A DNA stretch of 32,000 bases from a bacterium (GTDB lineage Bacteria; UBP7; UBA6624). The stretch covers positions 119,460 to 151,459 of the forward strand of contig PBAU01000005.1 in NCBI GenBank assembly GCA_002716355.1. The letters run 5' to 3'. Below the pieces are notes generated by a model. The model searched no databases and had not been told where the DNA came from. It saw nothing but the letters and a program-made list of their open reading frames with translations. Both the position numbers and the translations under genes were made by a program. Of the stretch, positions 26,447 to 32,000 are shown piece after piece; positions within the stretch are counted from its first letter, which is position 1, and each line of letters begins with the position of its first letter.

Positions 26447-27098
26447 CTTTAAAATACTGCCTTAAAAAACTTCTGGCTTCATCTCCTACAGCACCATCAG
26501 GATCTAGTTCAGAGCATTTTGAAAATGCATCAAATGCTATATCTTTTTCACCGGTATTAGTCATAACAAAACCATAAGTTAACCAACCATTCGGATAATT
26601 CGGATGATCAGCTATAAGCTTTTCTAAAGTATTAATTGAAGCAAGTATAAAGCTTTCTGAATCAGCGGTTGCCCCAATTGGGGTGGAAACACCTGCCATA
26701 AATTGAGCAAAAGCCATATCATTTCTTGTATTTGGTACATCGTTAACATTTAATGCTTTCTGATACCAGGGAATTGAACGATCATAAAACTGAACTTCAT
26801 AATACATATCAGCAACCTTTAAAGCCGCCATCCAATTAGTGTTATCCTTCTCCCAGATTGACTTCCATGAATCTAGCTCTTCCCTGTATGCATTCATCTG
26901 CTGAGCGGTTTGCTCATCCATAACTGGCATATCTGTACTATTGTTTTCATTAACTGGAGGATGCCCTTGCGGTAATGCAGAATCCAATACAGCTACATTT
27001 TCTTTCGGTGAAATAAGATAACCTAAAACCAAACCTAAAGTCATTCCAAAAAATATAGATTTTGGATCAAATGATAAAACTATCTTTTTTTTCTTCAC
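26439..27098 (-). CDS. Membrane-anchored TPR-repeat protein, CcmI/CycH-like (apocytochrome chaperone candidate)
   Basis: 219 aa with an N-terminal TM segment (IFFGMTLGLVLGYLI) and a helical-repeat C-terminus (ALKVADMYYEVQFYDRSIPWYQKAL...NGWLTYGFVMTNTGEKDIAFDAFSKCSELDP). It overlaps the ccmA start by 8 nt. Confidence 0.6.
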   Translation of the reverse strand: MKKKKIVLSFDPKSIFFGMTLGLVLGYLISPKENVAVLDSALPQGHPPVNENNSTDMPVMDEQTAQQMNAYREELDSWKSIWEKDNTNWMAALKVADMYYEVQFYDRSIPWYQKALNVNDVPNTRNDMAFAQFMAGVSTPIGATADSESFILASINTLEKLIADHPNYPNGWLTYGFVMTNTGEKDIAFDAFSKCSELDPDGAVGDEARSFLRQYFKDE

Positions 27099-27161
27099 AA
27101 TTTACAAACCCTCCAACACAATATCCTAATTTCACTTGATAAGATAATGTAAATATCTATT

Positions 27162-27166
27162 GGAGG
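27162..27166 (+). promoter_or_regulatory. Shine-Dalgarno sequence (GGAGG) of the MIP channel gene
   Basis: GGAGG lies 6 nt upstream of ATG 27173. Confidence 0.7.
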
Positions 27167-27172
27167 AAATTT

Positions 27173-27805
27173 ATGAACATAAAAAAAGAATGGATTTCAG
27201 AATATATAGGAGTTTTCGCTTTAACATTCATTGGAACTGCAGCAATGGCTGGAGGTGGAAATCTTTTCACTGTTGCATTTGCACATGGATTGACAATTGC
27301 AGTAATGGTTTCGGCTCTTGCAAAAACAAGTGGGGCTCACTTCAACCCAGCTGTAACTATTGCCTTATGGTCAATTGATAAATTTGAATCAAAAAACATG
27401 TTGGGTTACATCGTTTCACAAGTTCTTGGAGGTGCTGTTGGTGCCTTGTTTGCTTTGTGGATATGGGGTTCAGGCCAAGGAATTCCGGCTTTCAATGGTG
27501 TTTCCAACCTTCAGGGGATGCTTATAGAAGTAACTTTGACTTTCTTCTTGGTTTTCGTCATTACATCGACAGTGATAAACAAAATGCCAGCAAAGAATGC
27601 TGCCCTTTATATAGGCTTAACAGTCTGTATAGGAATCCTTGCTGGAGGCCCATTTACAGGAGCTGCAATGAATCCAGCAAGACATTTAGGTTCTTACCTT
27701 GTTTCTGGAGGCAGTGACATTCAGGTTATTTTGATTTACTGGGTTGCACCATTAATCGGTGGGATAAAAGCAGCAAAAATCTGGAAGGGTTGGCTTTCCA
27801 ACTAG
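27173..27805 (+). CDS. MIP-family channel (aquaporin/aquaglyceroporin)
   Basis: 210 aa with two NPA boxes (SGAHFNPAVTIA and GAAMNPARHLG) and six hydrophobic segments. Confidence 0.88.
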   Translation: MNIKKEWISEYIGVFALTFIGTAAMAGGGNLFTVAFAHGLTIAVMVSALAKTSGAHFNPAVTIALWSIDKFESKNMLGYIVSQVLGGAVGALFALWIWGSGQGIPAFNGVSNLQGMLIEVTLTFFLVFVITSTVINKMPAKNAALYIGLTVCIGILAGGPFTGAAMNPARHLGSYLVSGGSDIQVILIYWVAPLIGGIKAAKIWKGWLSN

Positions 27806-29286
27806 GGTATCCGAATTGAAATAGGGGTTGAATAACCATCAGGTCCAATTATGTTGAAATACACAATAGTGCCCGCTTCGAATTGATTCAATGTCTCTAT
27901 TGCCATATTCAGATTCTCAATTTCATACTCACCAATATGGGTGATAATGTAACCTACAAAATTAACTAAGCCTCTTTTTTGAGCAGAAGAACCCCTTATT
28001 ATGGAATTAATAATGATTCCTTTTTTCGGAGGGTTTGGCCATCCTGCTGCAGTTAGGTCCTCTGCAACAAAGTCACCTGCTTCGATACCAATGACTAAAA
28101 GTATGTCTTGCTCCTGTTTCGAATCAGCCACAATTATTTCTTGTTTTGGTTTTGGTGCAGTTCCTAAAGTCACACTAAACTCTGAAAGTTCCCCGTCCCT
28201 GTAAACCTGCAATACAACAACATCACCAGGCTCATAAGAAGATATGATTTTTTGTAATGATGATGGGTTTCTCACCTTTCTATCATCAATAGCCCAAATT
28301 ACATCCAATTGCTTTAAGCCGGCTTCCTCGGATGGGCTCCAGCCTTCATCTGATGGTACAAAACCTGAAATCAACACTCCAAAATCTTCTGGCAGATTTA
28401 AAGCTTCTCGATCCAGGTCCTGAATTGGTGCAACCATCACACCCATAACAGCTCGACGAACTTCCCCAAACTCAATTAGATCGTCCATTACTCTTTTTGC
28501 TAATTTAATAGGAATAGCAAAACCATAACCAGCAAAATTACCGGTGTCACTAACAAGAGCACTATTGATTCCGATAACCTCTCCATACAGGTTAACCAAA
28601 GGTCCTCCAGAATTTCCTGGATTGATAGCAGCATCAGTTTGAATAAAATCCTCAATGGCCCATGTTGAAGAATTTCTTAAAATTCCTAAATTCCTACTCA
28701 TGGCACTAATTATTCCAGAGGTAACAGTGAATCTCAATTGCAAAGGATTGCCAAAAGCCAAAACCCACTGTCCCACTTTTGGTTCATTTTTTAAATCCAT
28801 TTTCAAATGAGGCAAGTCGAAATCTGCATCTATCTTGATTAATGCAACATCTGTCGAAGGGTCTCCACCAATCAACTTAGCTGGATACACGTCTCCATTA
28901 AACATAGTTACATTGATTTCATCTGCAGTCCCTACAACATGATCATTGGTGAGTATGAACCCATCATCACTAACAATGAACCCACTGCCAGAACCCTCTC
29001 TCCAAAATTGCTGTGATTGATTTTGCTCCGGCATTGGGAAAGGCAAATCAAAAGGCCATCCACCAAAAGGGTTCTGAGAGCCTTGCTGAACCTCAACCTC
29101 CTCCCCTACTTGTATATAAACAATCGAGGGATTAACCTTTTCGGAAATACCTATAAAAGCATCATTTAAGCCTATTAATACATCTATAGATTTATTTGTC
29201 CCTTTTCCCGGTGCAGTTTCGTATGAGTGCAACAAAAAACTAAAGAAACAAAATAAAATCAGGATTGAAAAAACTTTTCTAAACAT
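27802..29286 (-). CDS. htrA: Periplasmic serine endoprotease, HtrA/DegP/DegQ family, two PDZ domains
   Basis: 494 aa with a signal peptide. The catalytic blocks are TNDHVV, DVALIKI and GNSGGPLVN, and the C-terminal region is long enough for two PDZ domains. Confidence 0.9.
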   Translation of the reverse strand: MFRKVFSILILFCFFSFLLHSYETAPGKGTNKSIDVLIGLNDAFIGISEKVNPSIVYIQVGEEVEVQQGSQNPFGGWPFDLPFPMPEQNQSQQFWREGSGSGFIVSDDGFILTNDHVVGTADEINVTMFNGDVYPAKLIGGDPSTDVALIKIDADFDLPHLKMDLKNEPKVGQWVLAFGNPLQLRFTVTSGIISAMSRNLGILRNSSTWAIEDFIQTDAAINPGNSGGPLVNLYGEVIGINSALVSDTGNFAGYGFAIPIKLAKRVMDDLIEFGEVRRAVMGVMVAPIQDLDREALNLPEDFGVLISGFVPSDEGWSPSEEAGLKQLDVIWAIDDRKVRNPSSLQKIISSYEPGDVVVLQVYRDGELSEFSVTLGTAPKPKQEIIVADSKQEQDILLVIGIEAGDFVAEDLTAAGWPNPPKKGIIINSIIRGSSAQKRGLVNFVGYIITHIGEYEIENLNMAIETLNQFEAGTIVYFNIIGPDGYSTPISIRIP

Positions 29287-29343
29287 TTAAAACCTCCGAC
29301 AGCTAGTTTAATTTTAAAATACAAAACAAAACTGTTTGATGCT

Positions 29344-30390
29344 TTGATGAAAATTAATAAAAAAAAACTACTTTTAGCATTTTCCATACTGCTTATAGCT
29401 AGCCTTATTGCAAACCTTTCCATTGGCGCTGTGAAAATTGAAATCAATGAGATTATGTCAATTTTGGCAAAAAACATTGGGGTTGCAAAAGACCCATTAA
29501 CAATTACACCTAATGAAGTTGTGTTAAATTCAATTAGGCTTCCGAGAATTTTAATGGGGTTAATTGTTGGTGGGAGCCTTGCGGTATGCGGCTGTTGCCT
29601 ACAAGCTTTATTCAGGAATCCTTTAGCTGACCCTGGACTTATAGGTGTTTCGGCAGGTGCATCTCTTGGTGCTGTGATTGGAATATATTTCAATACATTT
29701 TTAATGAAGATCAGTTCGCTCCAAGCATCCTTAACAATATCTTTTTTGGCATTCATTTTTGGGATGGTCATCTCTTTACTTATTTTCAAAATATCAACTA
29801 AAGACGGAAAACCCTCGGTAGCCAAAATGCTGTTATGTGGAATAGCAGCAAATTCACTTGTTGGAGCAATAATTGCCTTTTTCACCTATATGTCTTCAGA
29901 TGCAAAATTACGCTCAATTGCAATGTGGGGAATGGGTAATCTAGGAGAGTCAACATGGGAAAAAATTATTATCTGCTCTGTAATTTGCATTGCTTGCTGT
30001 ATCATGCTTTCCAAGCAAGCAAAACTATTGAATATTTTTTTACTAGGAGAGTCTGAAGCTTTTAACCTGGGCATAAAGATCGAAAACCTGAAGAAGAAAA
30101 TAATTATCCTCACATCATTATGTGTAGCCGTATGCGTTTCTTTCGTTGGCCCGATAGGTTTTATAGGCTTGGTCGTGCCGCATGCTGTCAGGATATTAAT
30201 TGGACCAAATTTAAAATCATTGATTCCTTTTTGCTTCATCCTGGGTTCAATATTGTTGACTTCAGCTGATCTGGTTTCGAGAACAATATCAATACCATCT
30301 GAAATTCCAATTGGAATAATCACGTCAATAATTGGAGCTCCTGTTTTTGTTTATTTGCTTATACGGGAACAAGACAAGGTTTTCCAATGA
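29344..30390 (+). CDS. hmuU: FecCD/BtuC-family ABC importer permease (heme/iron-chelate type, HmuU-like)
   Basis: 348 aa and polytopic. RLPRILMGLIVGGSLAVCGCCLQALFRNPLADPGLIGVSAGASLG is the family's conserved N-terminal block. The start is either TTG 29344 or ATG 29347. Confidence 0.8.
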   Translation: MMKINKKKLLLAFSILLIASLIANLSIGAVKIEINEIMSILAKNIGVAKDPLTITPNEVVLNSIRLPRILMGLIVGGSLAVCGCCLQALFRNPLADPGLIGVSAGASLGAVIGIYFNTFLMKISSLQASLTISFLAFIFGMVISLLIFKISTKDGKPSVAKMLLCGIAANSLVGAIIAFFTYMSSDAKLRSIAMWGMGNLGESTWEKIIICSVICIACCIMLSKQAKLLNIFLLGESEAFNLGIKIENLKKKIIILTSLCVAVCVSFVGPIGFIGLVVPHAVRILIGPNLKSLIPFCFILGSILLTSADLVSRTISIPSEIPIGIITSIIGAPVFVYLLIREQDKVFQ

Positions 30391-31187
30391 CATACCAAGC
30401 AAAAAACATTTCTTTTTCGTATGCGGGAAAAAAAATTCTCAATAAGACAAGTGTTGAAATTCAACCTGGGGAAATAGTGACAATACTGGGCCCTAATGGC
30501 TGTGGGAAAACCACTTTAATAAAAATTCTTTCCTCAGAAATAAAACCAGATAAAGGGGATGTGTCAATAGGGAGCAAAAAAATAAATGAAATAAAATCAG
30601 AAAAATTAGCAAGAATAAGATCTGTTGTCTCCCAAAAAACAAACCTAACATTTGGATTCTCTGTCAGGGAAGTCATTGAAATGGGAATGAATCCGTATGG
30701 TCAAAAAACGACTAAAGAATATTCTGAAGACATTGACAATATTCTCAAAGAGTATGAATTGGAAAAATTCAAAAATAAAAATTATTTAAAACTATCCGCA
30801 GGGGAACAACAAAGAGTCAATATAGCAAGATCTATCGTCCAGCTTAATCAAAACAATACAAACCAGCCAAAATACCTGCTAATGGATGAACCCACTTCTT
30901 CTCTAGACATACATTTCCAAATCAAATTGGCAAAAAATCTAAAAAAACTATCCAATAAAAATGTTGGTATTGCATTAGTTCTGCATGATATCAACATGGC
31001 ATTGTCTTTATCTGACAGAATAGTGCTATTTTCATCAAAAGAAACAATAAAATTTTTAGACAAACCGTTTGAGAAAAATTTGCCTGGGTCACTTGATATG
31101 TTAGAACAGGCTTTTAAATCTAAATTTGAAATAATTAGCAATCAGGAAAAAATTTTTGTAACACCTTTTTTCCAGAAAGAAAACTAG
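30387..31187 (+). CDS. hmuV: ABC importer ATPase, HmuV-like
   Basis: 266 aa. It has Walker A (GPNGCGKTTLIK), LARIRSVVSQ, LSAGEQQRVNIARSIVQL followed by an insertion, then YLLMDEPTSSLDIHFQ. This resembles hemin-importer ATPases. There is an ATGA overlap with the permease gene. Confidence 0.78.
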   Translation: MTYQAKNISFSYAGKKILNKTSVEIQPGEIVTILGPNGCGKTTLIKILSSEIKPDKGDVSIGSKKINEIKSEKLARIRSVVSQKTNLTFGFSVREVIEMGMNPYGQKTTKEYSEDIDNILKEYELEKFKNKNYLKLSAGEQQRVNIARSIVQLNQNNTNQPKYLLMDEPTSSLDIHFQIKLAKNLKKLSNKNVGIALVLHDINMALSLSDRIVLFSSKETIKFLDKPFEKNLPGSLDMLEQAFKSKFEIISNQEKIFVTPFFQKEN

Positions 31188-31738
31188 GGTTTATCTGGTA
31201 TTAAAAACTTATCAAATACACTTTCGTTGGGTTTGGATTTTTTGCAATATCGATTTGCATTTATTTCAATATCTTTTGAATAATTAAATAAATCCGCGAT
31301 TTCAAAACCAGCATAATAAGAAACATCTCTTTTCAAAAGAGAATCGAAGAGCTCTTGAGCCCTGTGAGTATGAATAATTACACCTTTTTCCTCTTTTGCC
31401 TTTGCCTTTACACCAGCAGCACCAAGTTTGATTAAAGCTTTTAAAAAATCAGCCATAACACCTCGTCTGCCACATGCATGCCAAAGACCCTCCCACCAAA
31501 CATGACTTTCCCAATAATAACCGTAATTAAACAAATCAATTGCATACAAAAATTCATCTGAAGAATAAGGTTTCATTGGGTTTAGAATTTCCGGTTCTGG
31601 ATCATCAATAAACTCACTATGTCCACCTTTTTTCTTGGGGTGAACTGTTAAACCAGGGACATGTGCGTATTCCGGAAAAACAATACGTGGCAAAAACCTG
31701 TGTCTATTACTTGAAATCATCTTCTTTCTACTATACAA
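31184..31738 (-). CDS. DUF309-domain protein
   Basis: 184 aa. AIDLFNYGYYWESHVWWEGLWH...ADFLKALIKLGAAGVK fits the DUF309 helical motif (FNxGxYWExHExxExxW). The function is unknown. Confidence 0.6.
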   Translation of the reverse strand: MYSRKKMISSNRHRFLPRIVFPEYAHVPGLTVHPKKKGGHSEFIDDPEPEILNPMKPYSSDEFLYAIDLFNYGYYWESHVWWEGLWHACGRRGVMADFLKALIKLGAAGVKAKAKEEKGVIIHTHRAQELFDSLLKRDVSYYAGFEIADLFNYSKDIEINANRYCKKSKPNESVFDKFLIPDKP

Positions 31739-31855
31739 TCTTCATTTAAATTTTTAAAAGCAATAAAGCCTTTCGCATAATAGTGAATTGGCTTTTTTTG
31801 AATCTTTAATTTTTATTTAATGTATTAGAGCCCTTGTATTAAAACAAGAAGGCTC

Positions 31856-31861
31856 AGGAGG
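31856..31861 (+). promoter_or_regulatory. Shine-Dalgarno sequence (AGGAGG) of the prepilin-type gene
   Basis: AGGAGG lies 10 nt upstream of ATG 31872. Confidence 0.7.
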
Positions 31862-31871
31862 TAAATATATT

Positions 31872-32000
31872 ATGAGAATGCAAAGAGGTTTTACTCTTAT
31901 TGAACTTTTGGTGGTTATAACAATCATCGGAATTCTTGTTGCTTTAGCACTTCCAAACTTCATCAAGGCCAAAGATAAGGCTTTAGAAGCAGAAGTAAAG
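31872..32000 (+). CDS. Prepilin-type N-terminal cleavage/methylation domain protein (type IV pilin or T2SS pseudopilin), 5' fragment
   Basis: My translation is MRMQRGFTLIELLVVITIIGILVALALPNFIKAKDKALEAEVK. It has the G|FTLIEL prepilin peptidase site and a hydrophobic helix. The ORF runs off the window end. Confidence 0.88.
   Translation, partial: MRMQRGFTLIELLVVITIIGILVALALPNFIKAKDKALEAEVK

Noticed and set aside
27160-27378. A 72-aa + strand ORF starting at TTG 27160 and overlapping the MIP channel gene start.
   Set aside because: It is out of frame with the MIP gene, which has a GGAGG Shine-Dalgarno sequence correctly spaced before ATG 27173 and clear NPA motifs. The alternative product has no features.
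29259-30323. Two long same-frame ORFs on the minus strand (208 aa and 145 aa, separated by a single stop), antisense to the hmuU-like permease and running across the intergenic region into the htrA start.
   Set aside because: The translated products have no recognisable motifs and a low-complexity I/K/S/N/A-rich composition. The sense-strand permease has clear family blocks. The ORF is out of frame with htrA, so it is not an N-terminal extension. I treat it as a shadow ORF.
31739-31871. A sigma-54 promoter upstream of the prepilin gene (TTGGCTTTTTTTGAATC).
   Set aside because: The GG is not followed by a GC dinucleotide at the required 10-nt spacing, so it does not fit the TGGCAC-N5-TTGC pattern.
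1-32000. Alternative genetic code (UGA reassignment), considered because of the low GC content.
   Set aside because: TGA serves as the stop in many ATGA overlaps where family-typical C-termini end (for example mobA, ccmB, ccmD and pntAA). The standard bacterial code fits all genes.
1-32000. CRISPR arrays, tandem or interspersed repeats, IS elements, prophage or defence genes.
   Set aside because: I saw no spacer-repeat periodicity, and no transposase, integrase, nuclease or helicase-type ORFs. Non-coding DNA is too scarce to hold arrays. I cannot exclude short dispersed repeats without a computational self-comparison.

Overview
This is an AT-rich (by eye mid-30s % GC), very gene-dense chromosomal segment from a diderm bacterium. 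The taxon cannot be assigned from the sequence alone. I call about 41 genes. From their coordinates, only about 0.6-0.7 kb of the 32 kb is non-coding, and most same-strand neighbours overlap by 1-8 nt (ATGA type). The content is overwhelmingly housekeeping:
- partial proline dehydrogenase, plus an exported beta-barrel-like protein and tRNA-Ser(CGA)
- hisS-aspS-M19 dipeptidase
- a co-directional block of Zn-ADH, MarR, pntAA-pntAB-pntB and fixC-fixX
- NUDIX hydrolase and an NAD-epimerase
- an overlapping operon of thioesterase, mobA, moeA, suhB-like and arginase, with a divergent amidinotransferase/DDAH-superfamily gene
- a complete System I cytochrome c maturation operon (TPR/ccmI-like, ccmABCDEFGH)
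- MIP channel, HtrA/DegP, hmuUV-like ABC importer, DUF309 protein and a partial prepilin

I found no CRISPR array, mobile element, rRNA, integrase or recognisable defence gene.

The findings most worth a second look are:
1. The ccm operon continues, with start/stop overlaps, into an unannotated 30-aa membrane micro-ORF, a cysteine-free DUF2157-like polytopic protein and a GDYXXLXY-like exported protein.
2. pntAA-AB-B appears co-transcribed with fixCX, and no etfAB/fixAB lies nearby.
3. Two annotation-level catches: a hidden 32-aa ccmD, and a ccmH whose signal peptide is only reachable from an ATT start.
4. An isolated GC-rich hairpin sits in the only sizeable non-coding gap.
5. Every convergent gene junction is 5 nt or less, or overlapping.

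None of these is demonstrably a new system from sequence alone, and the interest scores reflect that.
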